Assembly: GCF_006345805.1 (NCBI RefSeq)
Contig: NC_043000.1
Span: forward strand, 158,162,001-158,226,000
DNA length: 64,000 nucleotides
Direction: 5' to 3'
Source: Octopus sinensis
Lineage: Eukaryota
In this document: positions 39,860 through 54,165 of the stretch, piece by piece
Position numbering within the stretch: position 1 is the stretch's first letter
Layout: each line of letters begins with the position of its first letter
Translations under genes and position numbers: made by a program
Notes under the pieces: generated by a model
What the model was told of the DNA's origin: nothing
Seen by the model: the letters and a program-made list of their open reading frames with translations, nothing else
Database searches by the model: none

Positions 39860-40415
39860 TATGTTGCATTATCAAGAGCGTCAAGCAAAGAAAATATATA
39901 TATGTTAAAAAAAAACGAGATAAATGAAAAGGGTCCATTTGCTGACAGTTGTGTCTGCAATCAAATTCTACAGTGATGTGAGACACTCATTACTCTCTTT
40001 TAATTGAAATGTATTTCAGTTTCTTTTTAATTACTAGGAAAGGGACACTAGACACTTAAGACGTCTATAAGTGAATATAATGAAACAACAATATAGCAAA
40101 ACGCAGCTCTTGATATTGGTAAATGTAAATCATTAAAAGCCACCAGAGCATCTATTTTCAAATTCACCCAAGCGAAGATTCATGGACATTTTCCCTTGAC
40201 AGTTTCATCTCTTTTCCGATTTTCATTATCGTTTTTTTTTTTAATGTATCATGGATTATTTTACTGATTACAAAATAAACTATAAAAGAGTCTTTGTTCA
40301 ATTCATATTGTCAATTAGCTCTATACTTTATTTGTCATATCTATATGTATATATAATATCAATCTGAGCAACACATATGCCAGCAGAAAACCGCCCTGTA
40401 ATTATTCTACTACTA

Positions 40416-40505
<90 letters not shown>

Positions 40506-40509
40506 CATA

Positions 40510-40953
40510 GCTTCCGATCTTGACCAATGGGAATTGTTATCAAGTACATTGTTTTGTCTTGGTATAAAAGATAGGCTACAGAAACTATGGTTGACGATTT
40601 GTGCATCTTTGATCTCGAGAAAAAGTAGTGGAGGAGCATCATAGCCATGTGTTCAAAGGAATTCTTTGGGGTTTGGATAATTCACCTTTGTCTTGTTCAA
40701 CAACCTCAAACAACCCTTATTCAAGGACATTTTGATCGGAATGTGCTACTCGACCTGAAGAATATTTTAACTGGGTCCCACCAGCAAGGTCAGGAACTGT
40801 TTATCGTGATGGGAGATCACCATGTCGCGCACATATGGTTGTGATGCATGTGCCTAGTGTACCCTTATGAGACGAGTAGTCATGATGGGTATACCGGGCT
40901 TCGTACATTTTACCCCAGTGTCACTTTGAGTGCATGCACTGTTCTCTCACTCA
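40510..40953 (+). mobile_element. Repeat D copy between (AAT)n arrays
   Basis: Homologous to 16965-17525; (AAT)n at 40450-40503 and 40955-41040. Confidence 0.75.
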
Positions 40954-40983
40954 GTAATAATAATGATGATGATGATGATGATG

Positions 40984-41041
<58 letters not shown>

Positions 41042-41043
<2 letters not shown>

Positions 41044-41220
41044 GACTGGGAAGTTGCGCTGGGTAGATATAGTGTACCCCATCCTCAAATGGACTAAGGA
41101 AAGAATATCAACACTAGATAAAAGGATGAGAAAGTTTATGACGCCGAATGGGGCACTACACCCGAAAGCAAATGTAAACAGACTGTATATGAAAACAAAG
41201 AATGGTAGCAGAAGACTAAT
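41042..41220 (+). mobile_element. R4/Dong-like RT C-terminal fragment
   Basis: ILKWTKERISTLDKRMRKFMT.NGALHPKANVNRLY....GSRRL. Confidence 0.85.
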
Positions 41221-41221
41221 T

Positions 41222-41760
41222 ATTATTATTCCTTCGTAACAAATTGTAAGTAAAAATGCACTGGAGTCTTTAGTCATCTGTCAAGTCACAACAAGTACCT
41301 CAGACAGATAATACTTTCCTTAAGATGAGTTTTGTACCCAATAAGACTGCTTTTTGCAAGACATCAATATTGTATTGGATTTCCAGTTACCTTAAGAAGC
41401 CTTCAAGTTTCAATGGGATTGATCGTAACGCTCCGATCACCACTTGTATCACTTTTACATTACCCACACGCATGCCATACAGTCTTGCCATTTCCACTTT
41501 CATTTCGGAGTTCTTGGGGATATATATTTTCAATCTCTTTCCTCACAGCATTCATATCATTTGGTATGGCTACATTGATGATCTTACAGTATTTGTCTCT
41601 CTTATTCAATATGACAATATCCGGCCGCCGGTGTTCGATTACACGATCCGTCTGAAAATCATAGTTCCAGTGTATTGTTACTTTTCCATCATCCTGCATA
41701 ACTTTATTTGGCAATGCTCATACCGGTTCTCTGTTACTACATATTGGTATTTAAAACAAT
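41222..41760 (-). mobile_element. R4/Dong-like LINE 3' end with RLE endonuclease
   Basis: IHWNYDFQTDRVIEHRRPDIVI.....C.II.VAIP; LQKAVLLGT; short AAT tail at 41219-41229. Confidence 0.9.
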
Positions 41761-43289
41761 AAATTTAACCCCGTATAACCCACAAAGTGTCATGTGTAGG
41801 TCTTAAACAACGTGACTGATTAAGTCTGACACTTAAGGATAGGCACGTTTTTTTTTCGTTGTTCACTACAGTTTATTCTACACTCATTTTCACGCTTATG
41901 AGTTGAGTAGAAAATTTTAAAAACAGAGATTTACTCTGTGTGACATCACCTACACTTTTTTAAATATCTATTTGTAGTTTAGTAATACATTGTCAAACTT
42001 ATATTACGTGCCTTATTTAGATGATGGAGTGTCAGTTGAAGAGATTTGACTCGTGTGTTTAACAAATGACCATGTAGAAGGCAACTCATTCATTCCAGGT
42101 TCCATGGGTGGATGGAGAACTAGTTCAGCTGATATACATTACTGATTTCAAATTCCACCCGCTTACATCTTGGATCAATATGTTAGTTACCAGTTGCAAA
42201 TCAACATTAGTATTTTTTATATTTTAGCATTCATGGTATGAATTTAATGATGCTGTTGTTATTTAATACCTGTTGGATCCTGCATTTAAATATATTGTTC
42301 TTGTTCTGCTGTGACCACTTCGTCCATATCCATCTTGAATGTATTTTGTTTATAGAATGGTAGGATACTATTACAAGGAGATATGTTAGCTAACTGTAGC
42401 TGTTCTAGCGACCAGCAAAATACTTTCTTGTCGGCTTTGATTATTTATGCGCTCACATTAGTTCAGGCATTACTTTGTGTATATAGATAGACTCTCTAAT
42501 TGATCCCATATTCCTAATTTCAATTACTACTTGGGAAGTGTTATAGATTCTAATAACATTAACTGTTATAAACTAGTATATCAAGAGCCGATGGTTCGTA
42601 CCACTGTAACTCTGTAGAAATGTAAATTAAGCCCCAAAGCTATGGCTCTATACAAAAGCATTATCATACATTTTAAAAGGTACCTAGGTGAAGTCAATCG
42701 CCCTTACCTGCGTCCATTACACTGATGGGGATTAATGGCTGCTATCTAGAATATAGATTCGTGAAACTACCTTCGGATCATAACTTTCGCTGGATGGAAA
42801 TGGTCAATTTAACAAATACTTTACTTATTTTATCGATCTCTGAAGGATAAATATCGTATTTTGATCTCACAAATTAAAGGTTCGTTATTAAATACTGCGT
42901 GGTATGTGATCAGATGCACTGCATATTCTGGGAAACTCAGTCCATTTTATTACATACATTACCCAAAATTCACGAAAGTTATGATAGTGATTGCATAAAT
43001 GAATAGAACACTGAACATTTACTTTAACTGATCGTTTACGTCGTTTCAGTTCAACTTAGATTGATGTTGCATTAGCTCTTGCTTTACAATGTGGAATCCA
43101 GTTGATTAATATCTTCAATATATAAACATTTGATAGCCCTTACGTAAACCAAATCACTATAACTGGCATCGATACGGACAATAAAGCAAGTAACATCAAC
43201 AAACTTAACAACTTAAAAATGCACGAATAATTATAAAACACAGACAGAATAGACTGGATGCGTACCTGTGTGTGCATCTATGTATATAT

Positions 43290-43870
43290 CGTCGTCGGCT
43301 GCAGTTCGTATCCCATCACTGGATTCGTCTGATTTTATGCAGTCTCCTCGGCAGATGTTCGTCCCGAATATCACTTTGGAGTCCAAGTCGGTGATGAAAG
43401 AGTCGTGGGCAGAGTTCGCACATGAAGGTCGGTGCGGGTCGAGGATTTTCGAGACACTCCTTTCTTCTTATACGTTTTCCTTCCTCATTCTGTTGTCTGT
43501 TCTGCTCGAAGGGGCTGGTTCCATTGTGGACATCAGTCCTACAGGCTCTCCTATCCATGGCAATCTGTTCCCATGAGGATGAGCTGGTCTTTAAAACGGA
43601 ATTTCGAACATCCTCAGGGTCTTGCTCCGACTGCAAGTTCTCCGTAGAGCATGATCCTCGGGAGACGAGCAGGCTCCATACGCTGGACGTAATCTGCTCA
43701 GCAGAGACGACGGCAGAGGATAGTGGCTTCGATGAAGAACCTCGTTGTTGTTAATGTGATCGTCCTATAGAATATTGATGATCTGTCATAGCTTGGATTG
43801 CTGGAAGCATTCAAGGCGCTTGAAGTGTCAGCGACACAGTGTCCAAGTCTCACAAGTGTAGAGAAAAATT
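43290..43870 (-). mobile_element. RTE LINE 3' end
   Basis: HFKRLECFQ...; WEQIAMDRRACR...F.CELCPRLF...GL.S C2H2-like tail. Confidence 0.8.
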
Positions 43871-43872
43871 GA

Positions 43873-44224
43873 TGGTTCCGGGTTCATTCCCACTGCGTAG
43901 CATCTTCGGCAAGTGTCTTCTACTATAGCCTCGGGCCGACCAAAGCCTAGTGAGTGGATTTGGTAGACACAAACGGATGAAGCCCGTGGTATTTATGTAT
44001 GCATGTGTATATAAATATATATATATATATATATGTGTATGTGTGTGTGTGTATGTGTGTGTGTGTGTGTGTGTATGTTTGTGTGTCTGTGTTTGTCCCC
44101 CAACATCGCTTGATAACCGATGGTATTTACGTCCTCGTAACTTAGCGGTTCGGCAAAAGAGGCCGAATAAGTACTAGGCTTCCAAAGAATAAGGCCAGGG
44201 GTCGATTTGCTCGACTAAAGGTGG
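43873..44224 (+). mobile_element. SINE family A, truncated
   Basis: TGGTTCCGGGTTCATTCCCACTGCG...GCCTAGTGAGTGGATTTGGTAGAC. Confidence 0.88.
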
Positions 44225-45458
44225 TAGAATTTTCCTCGGAATTCATCGAACAAAGGCATATGCGGACCATACCAGTGTTATAGGCAATTCTAATTAAATG
44301 AAGTATGGAACAATAATTTCAAACGATATCAAGTAATCGTATAAATCACATTGATTATAAAGTCTTCTAGTTGAATATATCAGTGTATTGTTTCTAATCT
44401 TTTCAGATACAGACTGCGAGCAGAACTGGTGTATAGGAAGTTAAATAGTGATGTAGCTGTTATTTTCTCCTACATGAGCACGGATTGTGTAGGGCATGAA
44501 GATAGCTCCTGGACGCTAAATATTTTTGTCATAGAGAACATTGATACGCTGAGCAGTAACAGACGAAACCGTGTTTTGTTTTTGTTTTTACTCAGTTCCT
44601 GTTGTCTACACAAGCGTCACTGTCATTAGAGAGTTTGATAAAATATAAAATACGATTTCTAAGAAAAAGAAACAAAAACAATTATAAAATATTATTTAAA
44701 CTACTTTATTTCAAAAGCTTGTTTCATTCCAGATCTCTTCAGAATCTATGAAACAATTTACAAAAGCAAATACATTCACAGTACACCTGGATAGTTTTCA
44801 TCACGAAATTCCAGACAAACCGCTTGTTACCGGATATGTATTTATTTCCAAACAAAAACGTATTGCTTGATTGGACACATTTGCTGATCATTCAATAATC
44901 AAGTGTTGGTATTTAGTTATCAATACTGTGAGTAGCTGCTGACTGAAGTCTGTGTTACACTTTGTTAAAATACGGCATACAAGAAAAGAGTTAATAATTT
45001 CTGTATTAGAAAGTAGTTTTACAAGCGCAGGCATGAACGAATGGCTAATAAATTCACTTCACAATTTTCACTTTTTGTGTTATGTCTAACTGCACACTAA
45101 CTTGGACAATAGACTTCTAACAGAGCTTCTGTTCAATAAAATCCTTGTAGGCAAAACTGAAACCAAGTGAAAGTTTGACAGAATACGTGTGCATTATCTA
45201 AACGAGGACTAAGTTCAAGTGTTACCTACATATGGGACACTCAATGGCTTATCTATATTTAAGTGAGAATATTATTCGTCGGTCGAGTGACTTAATTATC
45301 ATGTGGAAAAATTGACGGTGGACCCAACTTTGCTTTACGTATTGAAAAACTATTCCGCTTAAAATATTTTGAGAAGTATAAGGCAGAAAGGAGATGATAA
45401 ACGAAATGCTAAATACGATAGTCAACGAAATGCATTTTTATTATGTTCAATGAATTGT

Positions 45459-45670
45459 AAGGCAGCGACCCGGCAGAATCATTAGCACGCCAAACAAAAT
45501 GCTTAGCGGCATTTCGTCCGCCTTTAACTTCTGTGCTCAAATTCCTCTGAGTTCGACTTAATCCTTCATCATTTGGGGATCGATGAAATAAGTACCAGTT
45601 GCATACTGAGGTCGATGTAATCGATTATCGGCATCCCCCACATTTCAGACTTTGTGCCTATAAGAGAAAT
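45459..45670 (+). mobile_element. SINE family B, diverged monomer
   Basis: Homology to 30125; further monomers at 48267-48478 and 51382-51590. Confidence 0.8.
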
Positions 45671-46384
45671 ATAATAATTATGTTCAATAAATTATACACT
45701 GTCTACTCAGATATGAAGATTATGATGTTTTGATTTGACATAAAAAATATTTTATCTAAGTAAATGTGATTGTATGAAGCATATACACTTCAGTCATGTG
45801 TTGATTTGCATATAAGTGCAGGCGATTATATATTGAATCATTATTCATGTTTTCAGCCTAAAGCAACGAAAACAGATAAAACAAAAATTTTAAATATATA
45901 ATACTTCTATTCGTCAAACATCCACTAATTACCGAATTTGGTCGGGAGTACAAATAATAAAAACACAAGCTAGAAAGTCGGGTATGATGTGTCTATGACA
46001 GTCTAAAGCAGATATACCTTTCAATCTGCTGCAAACAAATGATTACCAGTTGTTATAATGAAACCTGTTTCAGCAGAACCAAGTAAAAAGTATACTTCAA
46101 ATATAAGGTACCATTTTCTTGTAACAAATTCTCAATTACTTCCATGTCTCTGTTCGGGCCAAAGACTGCACTGAACGAGGAATTAGATAATGGAAGTTTT
46201 CTATAACTATTTTATGTCTGGTTCACCGATATAGTGTTGTTAAAATGCAATAATGAAAAGCTTCCGTTTTCAAAAGACTAGACAATATTTGGCTTGAGAT
46301 TCTGCTGAGTCAGCAGCCAGGACGTTAAATTACGTTATGTCAATATCAATGGTCTTAATGATATATCTGACACACACACACACA

Positions 46385-46427
<43 letters not shown>

Positions 46428-46601
46428 CATATTTATGTAAGTACGATTTTTCTTTAAGTTTTAAGTTCTTCTTTAGAAAGTTCAAGATGGACGCTAACAA
46501 AGCGACTAAGCTGTTTGAGTTAAGAGAGTTCCTGGTTTCTATAAATATGTGGTTGAGCCGTTGATGCACATACCAGGCTGTGTGCATCTATTCATCTAGA
46601 G

Positions 46602-46820
46602 CAGTGCTTTTCAAACTTTTTGCTGGAGCGGAACCCCAAGGAAACATTCCACTGACTCGAGGAACCCCTGTGCAATAATTTAATAGTTTTATGCACACAT
46701 ATCTGCACAGGAGAATTAAAAATTACTTCCGATTTTAGCAGTTTTGTAACTTCTTGCGGAACCCCTGGACTGTACTGGCGGAACCCTAAGGTTCCGCGGA
46801 ACCCTGGTTGAAAACCACTG
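46602..46820. mobile_element. hAT (Charlie/Buster-type) MITE, 219 bp
   Basis: TIRs CAGTGCTTTTCAA/TTGAAAACCACTG; perfect 8-bp TSD ATCTAGAG at 46594-46601 and 46821-46828; internal GGAACCC repeats. Confidence 0.95.
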
Positions 46821-47309
46821 ATCTAGAGAATCTCTGATAGAGAATCTTTAGAATGCTTTACTGTGCCTCTAATAATTTTCAATTGGAGATTTCTGTCTTA
46901 GTTTCGTTTGCTGTCTCCTAAACAAATCTAGTAATTTTATGGCTTTGCGTAAATTTATAGATACTTAATCTTGTGCACGTATGATGATGGGTAAAAATGT
47001 TAATTTCCAGTCAGGGTACAAGATCTGCAATTTATGCATTAATTCACCATAGATATTCTCTTTTCCGGACTTTTGATCCTACATTTATGTCCGCTGATCA
47101 GGTGACCTTTATAAAATTTCTTGGGTTTTGTTGCTTCTCCCACAGAAAGCTCTGAGTCCTGTTATGCTTGCACAGAATTATTGCTCTTATTGAAGTGTTT
47201 TACCAGTATTCCTTGTTTTTAATGTTATGAATGTATGTGTACACCCCCTCCACACACACACTCACACACGTGTGTGTGGGCATGTGTGTATGTACCTGTG
47301 TGTGTGTAC

Positions 47310-47723
47310 ATACTCTTTTACTCTTTACTCTTTTACTTGTTTCAGTCATGTGACTGTGGCCATGCTGGAGCACCGCCTTTTGTCGATCAAATCAACCCCA
47401 GGACTTATTCTTTGTAAGACTAGTTCTTATTTTATCGGTCTCTTTTTGCCGAACCGCTAAGTTACGGGGACGTAAACGCAGCAGCATCGGTTGTCAAGCG
47501 ATGTTGGGGGGACAAACACAGACACACTAACACGCACACACACATATATATACATATATACGACAGGCTTCTTTCAGTTTCTGTCTACCAAATCCACTCA
47601 CAAGGCTTTGGTCGGCCCGAGGCTATACTAGAAGACACTTACCCAAGGTGCCACGCAGTGGGACTGAATCCGGAATCATGTGGTTCTTAAGCAAGCTACT
47701 TACCACACAGCCACTCCTACGCC
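47310..47723 (-). mobile_element. SINE family A
   Basis: Homology to 4228-4707. Confidence 0.92.
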
Positions 47724-49384
47724 TATGTTTATCTCCAATTTGGGTTTTCATTTGTATAATTCTAAATATTAAATCTTAAAACAGATTTATTTTCTTGGCC
47801 ATTTTTAGGCGTCCCAACATACTTTACTGTATCTATTGCTAATGGTTTGTCAGCTACGTGTCTCATGTATAATACTAATTTATATTTTACCAGTGTTCTC
47901 TTGCTTATTGTAGTTAGGTAGGATGTCAGAATCGTAGGTCCTAAGGGAGTAATCACGACCATTCCGTTTGCATATCTCTGTAAAGAAGCTGGAGGCGAGT
48001 GAAAAAGTACTTCAGTTGTAGAATTGTGAGAATTGAAATTTATTTAGTAAGTTTGCTGCTAGCACAGATGATCTTATTTACGACTATTTGCGTCTTCTAT
48101 TAGGATTTCAAACTTTTCTACCATAGAAGACGTTACTCAGAGTAAGCTTTTACTCAAATTTCCTTTTGTTAATTTTTAATGATGTGTATGCTTCCAATAT
48201 GCCACTTGTGTGCCTGGCAGTTTAATGTGCAAGAGTACTTTATTTGGTTAATATGAATATGATCGAAGGCGGCAAGCAGGCAGAATCGATACACGCCGGG
48301 CAAAATGTTTAACAGAATTTTCTCTGACTTTATGTTCTGAGTTCAAATTCCACTGAGGTTGACTTTGTCTTTCAACACCTCGGGGTCGATAAAATAAGTA
48401 CCATTTGAACAATGAAGTCGATGAAATCGATTTACTCTCTTCCCCGAAATTTCTGGCCTGATACCAAAATTTCAAACCATGACGAATCTGAAGGACTTGT
48501 TTTTTTTGCAACTTTTTACTGTCAGATATATGTACACGAGAGAAAGTGAAGACATCTTACTTGTACATTCATTTAACGCTGTAATTTGTTTGTTTAATTA
48601 TATCTTTTTTTCTCTGTTGTTTTTTCTGATCTTAGTAAATTTGTTTTTGTGTCTCGGTAATTACAATATTTACATTATATTCGCCTTATATTATATATAG
48701 GACTCCTGTCAGTCTCACAATTTCTTCTGTTGCCAGAGTTATCTTTTAAGTTATATAGTGGTTTAGATAGCTTTTAATATTTGCGATTTTTGACTCAATT
48801 TGTTGTACAATCGCCGCGACATAGGCTTATAGATGAGTTGTCGACGTTTATGATGTTTTGTCCTCTTATTTGCTTTAATTTTTGGCATTTTGATTACGAT
48901 TTCCATTTTAATTTTTGGCATTTTGATTACGATTTCCGATTTTCGTGGTCATATTTATGTTACAGGTGGAAGTATCGAGGATTAGGAGTGTGAGTTCGTC
49001 AGTGTTAAATATATATTTGTTAAGTTAATGAATGTGTTCTCTCGTTTGGGGAGAGCTTTTTCCCCCGTTGTAGAGTTTAAACTTCTTTTAGTTCTAAATA
49101 TGTCTATGTTAGCATTTCGACGGTAGATTCTGAAAGAAGTGGTAACTTTTCTTGTTCCTGTCTAGTATTCTTAATTCAATTCTAGTTGACAATATTATAA
49201 ATGTATCTTATCACTGAAACATGTACTCTTTTGATTTTATTATATTTTAAGTTGCCTTTAGCATTGTTTATTTTACCAAGATTCTAACAAGATTTCATTG
49301 TCTTCACTTTTGAGTTTTTTCTCAACAGAATTTGATACAACAGTTCTATATTTAAGAGATAAGGAATTACGTACGTTATTTGAA

Positions 49385-50995
49385 ATTTTACGGCTAGGAA
49401 TGCTAGCTGATTGTCTATTTCTTTTTCCGTTGTGACTGTCTGGATGACTTTATTCAGTTCACATGATCTAACAGCACTTGGACATCTTTCTGGTGGGGCC
49501 AATGTATGAAGGTTTCATCAACATATCGCAGCCATAGGGTTGGTATTCGTGGTGTTGAACCAAAAGCCTATTTCTCAAAGTATTCCATGTATATATTGGC
49601 TATTATCGGTGATAATAACGAACCCATAGCTAAACTCTCTCCTTATCGATATATATCAGTGTCCATAGTGAAGTAGGTAGTTTCTACACAGAAGTTCAAC
49701 ATTTCCATCAAGTTTCTTATTGGTATACTAGTGCGTTCTATTAGATGGGTGTCTGTCACTAGTTTTTCTTGAATCACCGATAGTGCTCCACCAGTTGGAA
49801 CATTGGTGAACAGACGTATCACATCTAGACCCACCATCTGGTTGGATTCAATGGGGGTATCCTTGATAAATTCTGTGAAGTGGGTTGAATTCTTCACGTA
49901 CGATGATGACTTTCCTGCTAATGGATTGATTATATCCACAAAATAAAGAAATAGGATTGATTATATCCACAAGGAAGCGGCTCAGTGGATAACATGCTGA
50001 ACCTCTACAGATCATTGTGGGTCTTAATGGAATACCATCCTTGTGAATCTTAAGAAGATCTTACATGTCTGGTAGTTTACTGTAGTGTTGAGTCAGTTGT
50101 CTGTACTTCATTGGTGTAAAGTGATCCTGGTTCTTGATCAAGGTCTGTGACAACTTCCTCTCTGTTTTCAAAGTAGGGTCTTTCTTTACTTTGCTGTAGT
50201 TACCATCACTTATAAGACTTGCCAATTTTCCATAGTAGTCAGACTTGTTCATCACTACTGTAGCATTTCCCTTGTCTGCTGGAAGTATTATGATGGAATT
50301 GTCACTCGGTAGTCTTTTGACGGCGAACCTTTCTTCTTTAGTGGTGTTTGGTTTGGGAAGTTTCGCTTTTTCTAGTATCGGTCTCACTTTCCACATTAGT
50401 TCATTTCCCTGAGCTTTTGGTATCTTTATGGCTATCACTTCAATAGGGGTCGTTATGTCCAAGTATAGAATGCGCATGATGGTTGTCGTAAAGTTGATAC
50501 ATTTGTTTAGTACTGCTTCTTCAGAGCTTTCTAGATGTTGGCTACTTACATTAATTACTTCTTTCACAGGTGGGTGACGGACTTCAATCTTCATTCTCTG
50601 ACCTCTGAGTTTAATAAACTTCTTAATCTGGCGTGTCATCACCATTTTAAATTCTTTCATGTACGGCTTTTCTAGATCTTGTTAGAGTCTCTTTCTGTCA
50701 TCATTTCCGGTTATTTTTCTAAGTAATGAAGATAATCTCTCTTTGATTTTGTTATTTAGTTGATGTTTTTTCCAACGGTTGTAATGGATCCTCTCACGGA
50801 CGAGGGCATGTCCTGCCCTTTTCACTACTCTTCTACCTTTATATGAATCCACTTGTGTCATTACATTCGAGCCAGGTGGTATTAGCTTTGAGTCTCTACA
50901 TCTACACAGGAAAGTTAGATGGTTTGAAAGACGAGCTAATTTTTGATGGAGTTTCTCTATATTTCTCCACTGAAGTCTAATATCAGCTCCGTACC
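49385..50995 (-). mobile_element. Penelope/Poseidon-type PLE, N-terminus plus RT, decayed
   Basis: ILPADKGNATVVMNK..Y...DPT; KIHKDGIPLRP; SYVKNS; LDV.RLFTNVP; LAMGSLLSPIIANIYMEYFE; WLRYVDETF. Confidence 0.92.
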
Positions 50996-51082
50996 TACTT
51001 CGGTATGGACACTGATATGTATTGACGGTACGAAGGTTTTGCTATGGGTTCATCATTATCACTGATAATAGCCAATACAGCC
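50992..51082 (+). mobile_element. Inverted PLE RT fragment abutting the 5' end of the minus-strand PLE
   Basis: TYFGMDTDMY*RYEGFAMGSSLSLIIANT; reverse complement resembles 49595-49680. Confidence 0.8.
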
Positions 51083-54000
51083 AGATTTGCTTGCAACTTA
51101 TTCATTTCATGTTTGATATACTTGCTTATTATTTGAGTGACCTTACAGATTGCTGGTAAAAAACATTCTCCTCCAAAAGTGTATTTACCCGAAACTTCCA
51201 CATATATACAATCCACAAGAATTCTCTTAATGTGTGTTGCACAGAAACTGCTTAGAATAATTTAGTGAAATAGAAAGAAAAATATTGCATGTAGTAAAGC
51301 ACACGTAGCTGTTCCCGGTTCTAAAGTGAAAAAAACCCCGCTTAAACATTAAAGCTGGTATTCGTATCAAGTTTAAGTAATGAGCTGGCAGATTGTTAGC
51401 ATGTCAGGTAAAATGCTTAGCGGCATTTCGTTCCTTTTTACCCCCTGTGTTCAAATTCCGCCGAGATCAACTTGGCTTTTCATACTTTCGAAATTGATAA
51501 AACATATAGCAGTTGAGCACTTGGGTCGATGTAAACGACTTACCCTCTCTCTCAAACTTGCTGGCTATTTCACAAAATTTGAAATCAATATTTATGTGAG
51601 GTTTGCAGGTATGAGTTGATGACAAATTTATTACTACTACCATATTATAATTCGAAGCATTCCCAATGTCCTCCTGAAAATGAGTTTACTTTTCTCTAAA
51701 TAATTTCCACTTTATGATACTGTTTCTTTACTGTAAAATGGTGGAGTATTGTTCTGTAGTGCCTGATGTTTCATTGGACGTAGGGGTAAACTGCGGGTTT
51801 ATTTCTGTCTTTTAAATTCGTACATCTTTAAATACATTTGTCCTATTTATGTATATCTGTAATATATTTCCTAGTTAACTTTAGCTGTCGTTACATTTTG
51901 GCTTCTAATTGTTCATTTGTTGTCGTATATTAGATATAATTAATTGTTGAGTTCGCGATTTGATGTAACTTACACGAGTGTTATTTTGAACAATCCAATT
52001 AATGTCGATATTTTTGCTGTTCGCATTCCATCCCATAATTCATCGACTTTCTGTGATTTTAGCATTGCATAGCTTTTTATTACATTACCACCTCGCTTTC
52101 GATAAAATAATTTTGGGTTTGAATAAAATTGTCGCTTTTGAAATAATCCTTTCCACATTTGGTAATCGTTGTATTAAGACTACCTTTCCATTTTCTCCGA
52201 TCTGGATATGACTCCGGCCCTTTTTTTCATAAAATTCAGGGACCAAGTTGAGAGCCATGGACACTTCTTTTCTTTTTCTGGTAGGATATTTAAAAAAACA
52301 TTGTAATTTAGCAAGGAAATATCGTTTCAGGAATTCTTTGACCTGAGATACGACACATATTTCTTCTGTAGTAGTTGCACCATAGTAGTTGAACTGTAGT
52401 AGCTTCACATATCTTTCCGTATTGCGTATCATTTAGCATTAAGAAACTATTACATTTTCCTTTTATTTCCTAGTATATTCCATATGTTTGTTTTCTGGAT
52501 AGCGTGAGTGTTACTATAAGCGTACGTAGAGGGAAGCAACTACTCTATGTTATTGTGACTGCTGCGTATTTGCCATAACCCCGAATATTGATGTTCACCT
52601 TTGCTTTCATTAATCTACCATGGCCAGGGATGAGATATTATTAGCTACTACTATTAACTTTAGTCGGGGAGTGTCTATATATATATATATATATGATGAT
52701 CAGTTTTAATTCTTGAACTATTTCTAGCTTTAGTCTACTGTCAGATTCAGAAATTCCATCTTTAGAATTTTCTATTCTCAAATCTTTATCATATTACCTT
52801 TTGTGCAAGTTTTCATTTCTGTTCTTGGTTATTCTTGATACGCTAAGTTTTGACTTTGTTGAATTTTGTTATGTATATTGTTTATTTAACATGTGATAAG
52901 TATATCTTTGTGGATTACATTGCGCACTGAAAAATTTATAACTCTAATATTTGTAATCTTATTCTTTCTATTTTGGAATTTTCTTTTGTATTTTCTATTT
53001 TTCTTATGCTGCATTCTTTCGTTTGAGAATTCTATTTCAATGTCTGATATCGTTTTCATTTACGGAAGATCTCTTCTTACCTTAGTGTCTTTTGGGATTG
53101 AATTCTGCTATTAGATCAGGAAAAACATTCTGCTTCCAGATATTATATGTATAAGTTGCACTATTACCATCCTTCTTTTATTGTTAGTGGGGGTTGGGGG
53201 TTAGAATATTACTTTAACATATATGTTATATGATCATCATACCGTCATTTAATGTCCATGACCAAAATCCTGTCATGGGTTCGACGGTTTGACAGGGTCT
53301 GAAATGCCCAAGGACTGAATCAATCTCCAGCGTCTGCTTTGGCATGTTTTTTTTTCTTTACAGCCAGATGCTTTTCCAAATGCTAAATATTATACAGTGT
53401 AGACTGGGTGCATTTTATAGTGCAGCTGCACTATTACGGTCGCCATGCAATTCGCAGGACTCTGAGCCATGGAGAAGGTTGTGGGCCAGGTTCATTCGAG
53501 TGGGGGCAATGGGATACTAAGGGAGAAGTCAAGCTGAATATTTGTTTGTTTGTCAAGATTGTATAAGAAGATGAATGAGTGGAAGGTAGGCAGAATGCCA
53601 AAATGTATAGGGTTTGATGGTGGCTAAAACAAGAACATTGAACTGGGTAGATAGAGGGGCGCTAAATAATGAAGGCGGCGATTAGTAGGTATAGTAAAGA
53701 TGAGACATTCGTCAGGGGGGAGGACAAGTGAGATATTGCTAGGTAGTCTGTGAAGCCAGGGCGTAGGGGGAAGAGGCAGGTATAACGCGTGAGAGAGGAG
53801 AGTAATTTTAACGGGCGGGGAACAAAATGTATAGCCCTTCCAGAACATAGTTTTGTTGAAGAGAGAGAGAGAGAGAGAGTCTTATTAAGACCTTCGTATC
53901 CCCAGATATTCTTGTATTTTGTCATCCCTTTGGCTCAGTGTTCTCAGGCCAACTTTTACTGCTTTATACCATAAATTTCTGTCTTCTCCTTTCGAATGTT

Positions 54001-54126
54001 CTAACCACATTAAGCGAAATGCATTTCTTTGCACTGCTGTCCTTATCCATACACATCACCTAGCCATACCTGTGCAGTCTTCATTTTCGAACACAACAGT
54101 TTTTCGAGTGTGTGCATGTGTGTGTG

Positions 54127-54165
<39 letters not shown>

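Noticed and set aside
44407-44629. Strong acceptor followed by a 73-codon open frame
   Set aside because: No recognisable domain or partner exon; could be chance.
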